A DNA stretch of 63,998 bases, counting the filler, from Jimgerdemannia flammicorona (lineage: Eukaryota): the NCBI GenBank assembly GCA_003990765.1. It is 3 parts of 3 records of this genome, joined end to end, with 100 filler letters (N's around TTAATTAATTAA, not from the genome) between each part and the next. Parts side by side here need not be neighbours in the genome. Positions count along the whole stretch, not along the records: positions 21,458 to 42,814 come from RBNJ01001469.1; 2 more parts are not named here. One strand, 5' to 3'. The translations under genes and the position numbers were made by a program. How positions within the stretch are numbered: the stretch's first letter is position 1; each line of letters opens with the position of its first letter. The notes under the pieces are model-generated. The model did no database searches. It was not told the origin of the DNA and worked only from the letters and a program-made list of their open reading frames with translations. This document shows positions 22,752 to 36,074 of this stretch, piece after piece.

Positions 22752-24766
22752 ACTTCCCCCTGGTGTGGTTCTCTTCTGGTGTTCCTGTCTCTTCTCGGAT
22801 TCCATCATTGCTTCTGGTGCACCCTGAGTGGTTCCTCATGTTGTCCCCCCTTCACCTTTCCCAGTTGCTTGTCCTGAACTTTCAGGTTTACTCTTCTCTT
22901 GGAACTCTTTTATCTCCTCCTTTTTCTTTGGCTGACTGCCCCCTTTCTCCCCTTCAAGTCTTTGCCTTATCCTTGGGTCCTTGCTTTGTTTTTCCTGTAA
23001 CTCCCTCACAATTCTCCTTTACTGATCCGGCTCATCTCACACATTTTCGTCATACTCTTGACCTTGCCATTTTCTTTCAAGATCATGGTGAGATGCCCTC
23101 TCGCTATTTTTTTCCTAGCAATTGGGTCCCCCCTCCCAATGTCTCTTCACACTGCATATTCCTTGACATAGCCTGCTCACTGTCTGTTCCTGGACACACT
23201 CGCTCTTGCTTGGTTTCAGACTATGCTGTGCATACCATGCTTAAATCGATCAAGCAATTGCCTATGTATTTGCTCACAGTCACTGATAAGAATCAGGGTT
23301 TTGTACTTATTCCTAAGTCACTCTACCTTAATGGCCTTTCTGCTCTCCTTCGAGCCACAGCTTACAAGCCTAGTGCTCTTAGATTGGATGAGATTCTCAC
23401 TCTTCTTCAGGTTTCTCTGGCTTGCGCCAGATCGCTTTCAGACTCTCTATTTGCGAATCCCATTTTTAACTTCTTCCAGGACTCTTTATCCTCTCCGGAT
23501 ATTTCTCTTCTGGTTTTCTATGCTCTTCCTAAAGTTCACAAGCCTACTTTGGCTTGGCATCTCATTATGGCTGCTTACAGTTCTCCTACCATTGAGATTT
23601 CAAAGTGGTTATCCTGCTTCTTTCTCTCCTAGATGGCTCTCTTACAACACTATCTTGGGCCTGAGTATACTATTCTTCATGATACTCAGGAGCTTGCCCT
23701 TCTCTGCTCCACCATTGTACCTGTTCATCATTTTTCCCATTTGGCCTCTGGTGATTTTTCCTCCTTTTATACTGCTATTCATTTTGATGAGATTGATGAT
23801 TGCCTTTGCTTCTTGGGTTCCATTGTCTTTCCTTTGGATTCCCCAGTTTCATTGGCTTCTATTGTTGAGCTTATGCTCCTCGTCTGCAGCTCCAATTATT
23901 TTGAGTCGGCCCTTGGCTCCTTTCACCAGACTTCTGGTATTGCCATGGGAATGAATTGTGCCTCTATCCTTGCCAACCTTATTGGCCTGGCCTATGAATT
24001 ATGTGTGTTACGTGATACTACTTCACCTCTTTCCATTGCATTCCAGGCTGGGGATGTCTTCTTTTGCCATTATATTAATGACTTCATTGTCTTTGCTGTT
24101 GCTGGTATTGATATCCCTAGTGTGTTCCTGGGCATCTACCCTCCCCACCATTCTATTACCTGGGTGTGTGGTATGACTAGTATTCCCTTTTTGGACCTTT
24201 CCATCTCTCTTTCTCCCTTCCGAACTGTTGTTTATTCTCATTTTCCCCATTCCCAACAGTTCTCTGACTTCTTGTCCAACCATCCTCGCTGCACTCTTCT
24301 TGAATGTGTTCAGAGTAAGGCTCATCATCTTGCATTATGCTGCTCCTGTTGTTCTGATTGGGTGTCTGCTATTCGGGTTCTTGGCAACTTTGTGGTCCAT
24401 CATCGTACCTACCCTATTTCTATCATTCGCAATCTGCTTGCTTCTGTTGAATGGTCTGTTGTTCACTCTTCCCTACTCTCTCCTCTTTATCCCCCCTCCC
24501 TTCCCTCTCTCCCTCCTTACCCTCTCCATACTCCCTCTTCTTTCCCACCCCCGATTCTTGTCATACCATTTGATCGTGCTCACTGGGTCACTCAATGCCC
24601 TAATACCATCCTGCGCTCTTCTCTTTCATACTATGGACTTTCATCTCTTTCCTGATACCCTCTGATTGCTCGTTTGCATCTTCCTTCTATTTCTTCTTCA
24701 ATCCATCACTCTTATTTTGCATTTTTGTCACCTTCTGGTGCCTCCGGCTCTGTCAGAGAGGATTAA
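22750..24766 (+). pseudogene. PLE reverse transcriptase ORF2 with in-frame stops at 23630-23632 and 24653-24655
   Basis: ORFs 22682-23632 and 23633-24655 are in the same frame. Reading past the second stop gives the PLE linker-like PLIARLHLPSI and ends near 24766. Confidence 0.85.
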
Positions 24767-25260
24767 AAAACATCCTTGCCCCCTCCATGGTCTCGCGCTC
24801 GCTCCAGGGTCTTGGTCTTACTCCGCTCCCCTTCACTGCCTTCAGCCCCTCACTTCACTCAGGCTTGCTGCAGCTTGCTCCGTTTTGGCCTCACCCCTCA
24901 CTCACACTCACACCTCCAGGGTCTGTGGATGTTTTTTAATCTCGATTTGGATTTGTTTTGTTTGTGTTTGTTTGTAATTTTTATCCTGCAACTGGGATTG
25001 GCTCCCCCTTTATCTCCGCCTATCTCCAGCAGTCATGTGGTTCCTAATTCGGTTCACCCTGAGTTGTGGCATGTCCTCCCTTTTGGGATGTCGTATTTTA
25101 TATATAAGAACTGCATTTTTACATAGTAATAAATGGCTGATGTATTTTCAGTTATGTTCTTTATTCATCCCCCTTATACACACTCTTCTACATATCTTTT
25201 GTTCGCTTTAATACTGGCTCTGGGTTCGCTCCCTTAGCTTCCACTGGGCCTTCTTTCTCC

Positions 25261-26312
25261 TCTACTTTTTTATAGTTTCTGGTACCTTTGGCTGTATCTG
25301 AGATATACTCATTTTAGTGTAGTGCCTTCTTCCATTTACTGTTACCAACAAGGTATCATCTTAGTATATCATAGATTACATAGGAAGTTGGCTGACCTTG
25401 GGCATCAAGTGCTCAGTATAGATTATCTACAGGTCCTTGGTGCCTGTGGTAGGGCCCTCTGGCTTTGGCAAGCTTCTTGGTAAGTATGGTTTTGGTATAG
25501 GTAACTGTTTTTTAGGTGGTATTAAGATGGGAGAGGAGATGGCCATCACAGATAGAAGGAAGAATAATAATAGTGAACTAGTAGAGTGTCAGACTGGGGA
25601 CAGTTATTAGGGCTGAGGCAGATATTGCTTCAGTGGGGCCTTTTGATTGACATAGGGCAGTTAGATAGTAGATGTCACTCTTGGCTACTTTTGGTGATTT
25701 GTGGGATTGGATCTCAGTCATTGAGAGTAGCTGGGGAGCCTGAGGTTACCTAGGTCAGATATCTTAACTACACTCAACTGAAACTGGGAGCTGATATAGT
25801 AATATAATCAAGGTCTGCAGACTTAAGTAGTGGGATATTAGGGGTCTTCTCTTGCCTTATGTATATGTAAGTTCTCTACTTATCTCACTTGGAAAAACTA
25901 GGCCTTATTCACTATTCTATACCTTGAGGAGGGTTTTTTCTTTACTTATCATTTCCACTTAAAGTGATAGAGGCTATTCTATTTAGCTCAAGTGTGATCT
26001 TGAATATATGTTGGGGTTTCAGACATACACTTTCAGTTATTGGTATATGGTCAGATTCTCTCTGGTGGTAAAGAGAGCATGGTATACAGAATGAGATACA
26101 TATAGGCCACATTAGGCCCTACTGTACCTAATATAGTTGAGCTGCTGAATAATAGTTAGTCTAAGTTCAATGGGGGAACAGTACTTGATGGGTAGTAAGA
26201 GAGAGTTTTGGCCTATATAGTCTAAGTTTCCTTCTAATAAAATTCTATAGGACTTTGAGTTTATTAAAAAAAAAATAAAAATAAAAAAAAATAAAATAAA
26301 ATAAAAAAAAAA
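25261..26312 (+). mobile_element. About 1-kb poly(A)-tailed retroposed element, copy 1
   Basis: Aligns by eye along its whole length with the reverse complement of 44630-45660; ends GACTTTGAGTTTATT plus an A-rich tail. Confidence 0.7.
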
Positions 26313-26799
26313 ATCACAGCTAGTAATATAGTTTTTGATTTTCTTGATCATACTTAGCCAATAGTAACAATGCTAGATATTCTTAATAGTTTTCTCAATT
26401 CTAAGATAACTAGTAAGTAGAGAGTTATAGTATTCTTATAGTATCTTATAGTATAGATTCATATTATAAGATAGGTAGACTTTGTCTTAATAGTAGATTA
26501 GATTGTTCTTGATGATATATATCTCCTTGAGCTCATTCAAGAAAACTCTAGTGATGACAGTATCTTCTTTATAAGCTTACCTGATTTGGTCTAAAAATTT
26601 GAGTATTAAGATAACTTGTATAATTGTAATGAGGTCTGGGTATCTAGATAATATATATATCTAATACTACAAGTATCTTACCAGACTTATAAATGATTGT
26701 CAGATTAAAAGTTTGAAGCTTTAGGCTCTACTTAGCTTATAGATATAACAGGATAGATTTGGTATTAATATACTTAAGAGATTAATAATTAGTAATGAC
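26313..26799 (-). mobile_element. Gypsy family-1 pol fragment (RNase H/integrase boundary)
   Basis: Homologous to about 30295-30772. Confidence 0.75.
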
Positions 26800-28383
26800 T
26801 AATGCTCTAAATGAGTCAATTTAAATCAAATTTAGATTTAATTTATTATATAATGGTTTGATCCAAATCTCAAATCTGAAATAATCTGAATCAACTCAGA
26901 TTAATCTAAATTGCTCTATCTGAATTACTCTACCTGAACTACTTAATCTAAACTACTTAATCTGAATTACTCAATCTAAATTACTCAATCCAAATTACTC
27001 AAATCTGAATTATTCAATCTGAATCCTCTAATCTGAATTCTCCACATACTCATATACTGGATATGTCCATATATATAATATATATATATATATAAATATA
27101 TATATATAAATATATATATACATATATATATATAAACACATATATATAAATATGCAAATATATATATTGATAGATTAGTCTTCAACAGTTCATAGTACTG
27201 ATGATACTTCAAGTCAAACATTTTCAATAGTTCTACACTTTTTATATAATCCTCATTCTGAAATCTAGTAATATTGTACTAAGACTGAAAGTGATATTAT
27301 TTATAATTATTATAGATAAAAAATTAAAAAAGAAGATATATTTATGATATAACTAATGTTTTTATTTGATATATAAAAGACAAATACTCTGACAAAATCA
27401 AAAAGAATATAGAAATCAATAAAATTGATATCCAAACTATAGTGAATATATTTATCTAATTGCCCAACCATTTCTGTATCAATAATTCTATTTAATAAAA
27501 AATATTTAGCTATATTCTTTAGCAGAATTTCAAAATTAACTTATTCACTAGATTGTATATATAGTCCAACCATTTACAACTATCAAGAGTGACTAATTAT
27601 AGAGTATCTTTAGTCTCCTCAAGTATGATTTATATCTACTAAGTACTGATACTATTTGCAAAGATATCCTAGAGACCTATAGAAAGGAGTATGATAATCT
27701 TTATCAGATACTTTAGATAAAATAAATAAATAAGAGTAATATTATGACTATTGTAAGCTAAATTATATATATATACAAAGAGCTCACCAATTTAATCTCA
27801 TATTTAATAAATAAAATTTAACAGACAGAATTTTATTTATGATTGATACATGGACATCCTTCAATATAATTTCATTTCTGAGCATTACCAGTCATTAGAT
27901 TGATCTTGATTAGCAACTTAAATCTCTTATTCTTGACTTCATCAAACTTATTGATTCTCATTCTGGAGAAAATATCACAAATACTTTTATTAGTTATATC
28001 TAAGAGCTTAAGATCACAACTAAGATAAAAAGGAGGAGCTTATCATCAGATCAGTATTTTGAGAGAAGTCTTAAAACAAAACAGATTTTAAAAGTTATTT
28101 ATTTTGCATAAATTTTCTAACTGAATATTTTAAGTATAGATTTTGATCATTATGATAGATAATATCTCAAATAACTCAGTATTTTTCTGAATTTTAGTAG
28201 CTAGCCTTAAATAGAAAAATGTGGCCTTTAGTACAGAAAATTGCTATATATATTGTCAGGCCCACATACTGAATCTTGCTGTTTAGGATTATCTTATATA
28301 TATAGATAAAATATCTGAAAGTAAAGAAACTCTGAGTATTGTTTCCAAGCTATACAAACTAGTTATATTGATCTGATCATCTC
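26800..28383 (+). mobile_element. hAT DNA transposon, left end and degraded transposase, interrupted by a Gypsy element
   Basis: TIR-like TAATGCTCTAAATGAGTC matches the MITE ends; subterminal TCTGAATTAC repeats at 26880-27040; transposase motifs DTWTS (27845), DN.SN and CQAHILNLA (28254-28280). Confidence 0.8.
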
Positions 28384-31300
28384 TGTAATGGTTCTAGTTT
28401 CTTTAAGAGGAAGCAACTAAATCTGGAAGTTCTAGTTGGCCTAAAGTAGCTCAAAGAGATACTTAAAGATTCAAGTATTCTTGAAGGATTTCTGGGAGAA
28501 AATATTCTGAACTTTATTCAGATAAAGAATAAGGATATTCATACATGATCTGAAAGAAAAATTCAGAAGAATCTTAGAAAGAAAGAGAAATACCAAGAAA
28601 TAGGTTCTTGGCAAAGCTGACTAATACTATTCTACAATGTTCTAAAAGGTTCCATAACTAGCTAAGACAAGATACTTGGTACTAAGAAAATATAAAAATA
28701 TTCTGGTGGTATCTAAGTGCCAAAAGAAGGTTTCTAAGCAAGTAGAAGATAGCAGAACATAGTAGAATATTCAAAAAATGACAAGAAAAGACTAATTAAA
28801 AGATACAAAAATATACTAAGACTAAATATGACTGTGAAATTATTACATCTCTTTCTCCTTAAGAATCAATATTCTCATTGAGTTCTTAGATAATACAAGA
28901 CTAGATATACTTAACCAAAATTTCTCAAACTTATATCAGTATATTGGCAGAGATTGGCTATCTTTGTATAGAGCAGAGGGCCTATTACCAGACTAACTAA
29001 CTGAAAGAGATTTGAACTCAGCTAGTAGCTTCATTTTAGTAAACTTCTTATTTATTAAATATTCTGCTGGTTCTGGGGTCCCAAAGTAAACTTCTAATAT
29101 ATAAGGTACTGGTTATTGCCATAGGTTGTAGATAATCCAAGAAAGTTACTATAGAGATTGAGTAATATATTTTGCCTCAAAGTCTTGAACTAGATCTTGA
29201 GAGTTCTTGAGATTGACCAGTGGTTTCTAAGTAGCATCATATTCAGAATAATCCATCTACTTGACTAGATATTCAGGATAGCAGTAGTAGATTAATTTGT
29301 TGAGAATTTTCTCAGCTTTGTACTTAATATAGTCTTCAATAATCACAGAGACAGAAGGCTTAGAAATTTGACCAGAATAAGATGGTGACTGGTTCCAGGT
29401 CTTGAGGTGTGATACATGAAAGACTGGATATACTCTCATGGTTTCAGATAGCTTGAGGTGGTAGAAGAATGCAGAAACTTGTTCAGTGATCTTGAAGGAC
29501 CCAATATACTTGGGTTGGAACTTGTTCAAAGAGCAGTTGACTTGAGATTGTATCTTGAGGTTCTTGGTAAACAGTAGGACTTAATCTCCAACAGTATAAG
29601 TGATATCATGGTGTTTCTTGTCAGCATACTTGGCTTGATACTATTGGGCCTTCTGAAGATTTACAGTAGTAATCTTGAGTAGTTTGTCCATTTTGTCTAT
29701 AAGGTTCTTGGTATTAGAGACTTATATTTGACTGTTTTTCTTGAAAGAGAATAGACTTGCAGAGGTCTCAGGATCTTGACCATAGAGTAACTGGAAAGGG
29801 GAAAGACCAGTAGATAATTGGATAGCATTGTTGTAATATAAGTCAGATAGTGATCTCAATTATCTTACTTGTAAGAAATATAGTTTCTAAGCATTTGTTC
29901 TAGAGTTCTATTTATGCACTCAGTTTGTTCATCAGTTTATAAGTAAAAGGTAGTAGACATAGCCAATTGGGTTCCCAGGGTCTTGAAGAGAGTTTGTCAG
30001 AAGTGACTGGTAAACTTAGGGTCACAATCACTGACAATTACTTATGGTAGGCCATAGTGATGAAAGATAGACTTGAAAAAGATTCTTGTAATCTTAGTAG
30101 TAATTGGTTCAGCAAACATAGTCTTGGTCAGGTAGTTAATGAATATGATGATAGCATTAGTACCAGATTGAGTTTATGATAGTTGAGTTATAAAGTTCAT
30201 GATAACTTGTTTGAATTTCTTAGTGGAAATTAGCAGTAGTTGTAGCAAACTAGCTAGCACTTGGTTGGTAGACTTATTGCACTGGTATAGATCACAGTTG
30301 GTGACATAGTTCTTGATTTCCTTGACCATGCTTGGCTGATAGTAGCAGTGTTGGATATTCTTGATAGTCTTTTTGATTCACAGATAACTGGTAAGAGGGG
30401 AGTCATAGTGTTCTTACAAAACCTTATAGTACAGATTTATGTTTTCAGGTAAATAGACTTGATCTTGATGATAGACCAGGTTGTTCTCAACAGTATATAT
30501 ATTCTTGAGCTCATTTGAGAAAACTCTAGTAGCAACTATGTCTTCTTTATAAGCTTGCCTGATTTGGTCTAAGAATTCTGATACCAAGATAATCTGTATG
30601 ATTGTGGTGAGGTTTGAGCAACTTAATAAGATATCTGATACTATAAGTATCTTGCCAGACTTATAGATGATCATCAGATTGAAGGTTTGAAGCTTGAGGC
30701 TCCACTTGGCTTATAGATATAACAGAGTAGATTGGGTGTTAATGTACTTAAGAGATTGATAATTAGTAATAACATCAAACTCAACATCTTCTAAATAGCA
30801 TCACCAGTGGTCTAGTATATATATTATTGCCAGTAGTTCTTTCTCATGAGTGGCTAGCTTTTGTTCAGCCAAGACCAACTTGTAGGACTCAAAAGCAATA
30901 GAATGATATCCTTTATCATTATCTTGTAATAGGACTCTCCAATAGTAAAATTCAATACATCAGTAGTGACTATAAATTTTAGGTCTTGATCTGCATTATG
31001 CAGAACTAGAGTATGGGTCAGATAGTTCTTAAGTTCTTGGAAAACATATTGATAAAAAAGATCCCAGATATAGGGTACATAGTAGTCTGAGTATGGGGCC
31101 TTCCTCATGAGGTTAGTCAGTAGCTTAGCAATACCAGAGAAGTTTCTGACAAAGTGGCAGTAGTAGCCAGTTAGACCAAGGAAGGATTGAAGTTTTATAA
31201 GGTTTGATAGAATGGACTATTCTTCAATTGCTTCTATCTTGTATGGATCTACTTGAATTCCTTATATAGAGACAATGTGGCCAATTTGACTTATTCTTTG

Positions 31301-34300
31301 AAGAATTAACACTTCTTGAGCTTGGTGTAAAGCTTGTATTTTCATAGGATCTCCAGGACTATTCAAATGTGTTTGAGGTATTCTTCTTTAGTTATACTAA
31401 AGATCAGGATGTCATCAAGATATACCAACAGGAAAATAAATAGTTAGTCCTTGAATATCTTATTCATCAGGGTCTAGAATGTGGCAGGTACATTGGTGAG
31501 ACTAAATGCTAAGACCAGGAATTTATAGAGTCCAAAAGAGGTCATGAATGCAGTCTTGGGAATATCTTCTGACTTGATTCAGATCTGGTGGTATCCTGAT
31601 ATGAGGTCTAACTTAGTGAAATACTTGGCATTCTTGAGAGCATCAAAGATTTAATCAATCAAGGGTAGCAGATAGTAGTTCTCGATAGTGAGTTTATTGA
31701 GTATATGATAGTCTATACATATTTGCAAGATACCATCCTTCTTCTTGACAAATAAGACTGATGAGCTATAAGGAAATTTGCTTGGCTAGATGGCTCCTCA
31801 TATAAGTAGTTCTTCTAGTTCCTTCTTGACTGCTTCAATTTCAAGTAGTATATAATATATATGTTTCTTGGGTAGTATAGCTCCTGGGATCAGTTCAATT
31901 TTATGATCAACTTCTTGTGTAGGTGGTAGGCTAGATAGCTTGTCTGGAAAGACATCCTTAAATTCTTCTAGCAGTAACTTGATGCTTTCATTGACTGATA
32001 GTCTCTTGTCTTATTTCTTAAGACAGATTATTATAATAAAGGCATGCATTGCCTTCTTGAGTGCTCTTTTATACTGTATAGCTGACAGTATTGCAATCTG
32101 GGTCTTGCTCATGGTCTTGTCTATCTTGATAGTGATTTTGACTCCATCTTAAAGTAGAGTGACTTCATTCTTATACCAATTGATATCTGGGTTATATTTT
32201 GTAAGCCAGGGTTTTCCTAAGATCAGGTTATAATCTCCTAGTGATACAACCTTGAAGTTTACTCATTCCCAATATTTCTGGATCTTGATGGATAGTTTGA
32301 CAGCAATTGACTCAATGGGGTACAGAGTACTATCTATAGTAACTATACTATTATTCTTAGGTATAGGCTTGGTAAGAATCTTGAGACTTTCAATGAGATT
32401 CTGATTGATGAAGTTCTCTGCAGCTCTGCTGTCTATGAGTACTTGAACTTCTTTTCCTTTGACTAGGCCTTTGAAAATAAGCATAGCTTGAGCTTGATTT
32501 TCACTAAGACTTACTGCTTGATCAGTACTGCCAAAACCTTTTTGATCTTATTTAGTTTCAGAGAGTTCTTGGACTTCTGTAATCTTGAGTTGACTGGCTT
32601 TTTCTAGGATTATTTGCATGACTCAGTCTCCTTCCTTGACTGTGTAGTTTTGATCCTTCTGGTTGATAAGTAGAACTTGAACTTGTTCTTGAAAGTCTGG
32701 GTCAATGACACTAGTACCTACATCTAAATGATGTTTGATACTGAGTCCTGATCATTGTGTAATTCTGATATAATATCCTTCAGGACATTGAACTGCAATT
32801 TCAGTAGGCACCAGAGTTCAGCCCTTGACTAGAATAGTAATTTATTTGACTGAGTATAGGTCAAGACCAATGGCTCCTTCTGTTTAATATTGAGGAACCT
32901 GAGCCTTCAGATAAAGCTTTTTGACCTTAAGCTCAGGTTAACTAGTGGTGGAGTTGACAGATATATCCTTGGACAACATGGTGACTGGTCTTGAGGATTC
33001 ACTAGTCTTCTTAGAATATTTGGTTGCAATATATCCTGTTTGGTGACAGAAGAAATAGGCTTCAGATTTCTTCAGGCAGTCCTTTTCTTCAGGGGTGAGC
33101 TTGGTGTTCTTTTTGTTTATATTGTCTAAGTCCATTAGTGCTGGGCCAACTGTCCTTGGTTGGTTCTTGTGGCAGTTCTCAAAGTGGTTCTTCTTGTAGT
33201 ATTCTGATTCAAAGCAGTTGCCAAAGGTGATAACATCAAATCTATCAGTAATCCTCATAGCTTTATTAAGGCTTTATGGCTCTTCTAGCTTGACCTTGAC
33301 TTGTGTATTTCCTTTCAGGCCTTAGACATAGTGGTCTATCTTTTCATCCTCTGCTATTGCTGGTAGTTCAAGTAGGATTAACAGGAATTATATATTGTAG
33401 CTTTGTACAGACTTGAGTTACTTGATGTTCACTAGCTTGTCTCTAGCTAGCTTGATAGTATTAGTAGGCTTGAACTGCTATAGATATCAGAGTTTGGTAT
33501 TTGGCTGAAACAGTGACTTGTTTGACAGAGTGTAGGTTAAGACCAATGACTTCTTCTGATTAACATTGAGAGATCTGAGTCTTTAGATAAAGCTTCTTGA
33601 TCTTGAGTTCAGATTAACTAATAGTAGAGTTGATAGATATATCTTTGGACAATATAGTGACTAATCTTAAGGATTCATTGGTCTTCTTAGGATATTTGGT
33701 TACAATGTATCCTATTTGGTGATAAAAGAAATAAGCTCCAGATTTCTTCAGGTAGTTTTTCTCTTCTAAGATAAGCTTGTTATTTTTCTTATTCATTATA
33801 TCTAGATCTATTGATGCTGGGCCAACTACTTTGGGTTAGTTCTTATGATAGTTCTCAAAGTAGTTTTTCTTATAATATTCTGGTTCAAAGTAGTTGCTAA
33901 AGATAATGACATCAAACCTATTGATAATTCTCATGATCTCATTGAGAGTTTGTAACTCTTCTAGCTCAATCTTGACTCATGTATTTTCTTTTAGGCCTCA
34001 GATATAGTGGTCTATCTTTTTGTCTTCAGATATCACTGATAGTTTGAGTAGAATTGATAAGAATTATATATTGTAACTTTATATAGACTTGAGTTGCTTG
34101 ATGTTTACTAGCTTATCCCAGACTAGTTTAGTAATATTAGCAGACTTGAGCTGCTGGTGAAGGGCCTTCTTGAAAGATTTCTAGTCTTGGATTCTTATGT
34201 TCAAGTATATGAAAGTAGTTATAATATAATTATACTATCAGATAGCTGTATTTCCTCTGAGAAGTATAGTAGTAAATTGGACTTACATATTTTCTTCTAT

Positions 34301-35125
34301 TCTTATGAGTTCAAAGTATTAGTCCAACTAAAAGGTCCATATATCTGTAGTTAGACCCCCTTAGTGACCATTGAAGATATCTGGCTTGAGTGGCTTAAAA
34401 CTAACTAGTACAATAGTAGAATATAATGTAGCTACAGTTCTAGTCTTCTGATATTCTAGTTGTACTTAAAGTTATTAGATTTAATGGGCCATAGTAGTAA
34501 TCATATCCTCCAGATTAACTTGTAGTTTAGTACTATCTGCTTCTTCTATAGTAGAGTAGACTGGTTCTTTAGCATGGCTAATTTTGGACTTATATAACTA
34601 ATTATGACTAGTTTCCAAATTTATATAAGGTTTCTTAATAGGGTAAGATATAATAACACTACTACTACCAAGTATAATAGTTCTAGTTTCTTTAAGAGAA
34701 AGTGACTAAGACTAGTAATCCTGATAAGCCTAAAGTAGTTCAAAGAGATACTTATAGATTTAAGTATTCTTGAAGAAATTCTAGAAGAAAATATTCTGGG
34801 CTTTATTTAAGTAGAAAATAAGAATATTTATACAGAATCTGAAAGAAAGATTGGGAAGGATCTCAGAAAAGAAGAAAAAAGCCAAGAAATAAGTTCTTGG
34901 CAAAGATAACTAATAGAATTCTACAATGTTTCAAAAGGTTCTATGATTAGCTAAGACAAGATACTTAGTGCTGAGAAAAGACAAAAATATTCTAGTGATG
35001 TCTTGGTACTAAGAGAAGATTTCTAGACATTTATAAAGTGCTGAAATATAGTGGAATATATAATAAAAGATAAGAAAAGACTAGCAAAAAGGACATAAAA
35101 AAGTATTAAGACTAAAATATAACTA
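28384..35125 (-). mobile_element. Ty3/Gypsy chromovirus (family 1): LTR-gag-dUTPase-PR-RT-RH-INT-chromodomain-LTR, decayed, with a duplicated gag segment
   Basis: LTRs at 28384-28847 and 34673-about 35125; PPT at 28848-28860; dUTPase about 32520-32935; protease LIDSRAAENFI; VYLDDIL near 31405-31424; integrase with GPY/F; chromodomain about 29175-29330. Confidence 0.9.
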
Positions 35126-35530
35126 AAGAATAAAGATAATAAAGAAAAAAGTCTTCAAGAACTACTTAAGAAATATAAAGACATTTTCTAAAAACCTCAA
35201 GAGCTATCACCTATGTAAGTAGTAGAACATAGTATCAAGATTATCTCTAGTACAAACTCTCTCTACTGTAGAATCTATCATCTAATACAGTTTTAGCTAA
35301 AAACTCTTAAGGAATAGCTAATAGACCTATCAAATAAAGACCTTATCTGACTATTGGAATTACTATATGGTACACTTATTCTCTTTATCTGTAAAAAGGA
35401 TAGAAGTCTCTATATATATCAATTATTAAGTATTCTATCAAGAATTATTATATACTCTCATATATTAATAAGTTACTCAATTAAATATATAATGCTAAAA
35501 TCTTCTTACTTATTGACCTTATATTAGGAT
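35126..35530 (+). mobile_element. Degraded Gypsy RT N-terminal fragment
   Basis: Remnants such as ELLKKYKDIF, ILFICKKDRSL and IDL. Confidence 0.6.
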
Positions 35531-36060
35531 TAGTGCTCTGGACAAGCTGATCTGGATCAGATTCAAATCTCATCTAGATCAACTCAGATGGGAAAACAAG
35601 CTTATCTGGATTGATTTGAATCCACTATTGTTTTGATTTCTAAATTAGATAATTAAATGTTTACATCAATAACTCAATAAATAATCATCCAATTTTAATA
35701 ATCTTAATGTCATTTGAAAGCCTGTAATAAGGCCTTTCTAATGATAGTAAGAACATTGAAAGTAGATCATGCATTGCTAAGTTATCAAGGAAAACATCTA
35801 ACTTACCAATTTTGAAAATATTTGACTTACTGATTTTGGAAATTTCTTCAAAAGAGCATTTTTCTTAATAGCTTGGTAATGTGGATCTGATTTTAATATT
35901 CTTAATATTATTAGAAAGGCCTTATTAAGGGCTTTCAAATATACTAAGATTATTAAAATTGAATAATTATCCATTGAGTTATTGATGTAAATATTGTGAT
36001 AGTAGAACCAAATTTGTAAGAAAGAAATAGAAAATAGATACTTAATTACCACCAGTCCCA
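35531..36060. mobile_element. hAT-type non-autonomous element fragment
   Basis: Starts TAGTGCTC like the other hAT ends; internal inverted repeat (about 35650-35800 vs 35870-35995). Confidence 0.5.
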
Positions 36061-36074
36061 AATTAGTATAGCCT

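Larger units (their letters stand above)
21473..25265 (+). mobile_element. Penelope-like retroelement, two ORFs, no recognisable endonuclease, with about 130-bp direct repeats (21473-21605, 25131-25265)
   Basis: RT motifs TDKNQG, FYALPKVHKP, SGDFSSFY, GIAMG..CASILANL, YINDF (YIDD), IPFLDL and thumb S.HP; diverged direct repeats at both ends; strongly pyrimidine-rich coding strand. Confidence 0.85.

Noticed and set aside
23630..23632. Programmed readthrough or recoding at in-frame TAG/TGA codons in the PLE, LINE and Gypsy ORFs
   Set aside because: Explained by C-to-T/G-to-A decay; host genes use standard stops.
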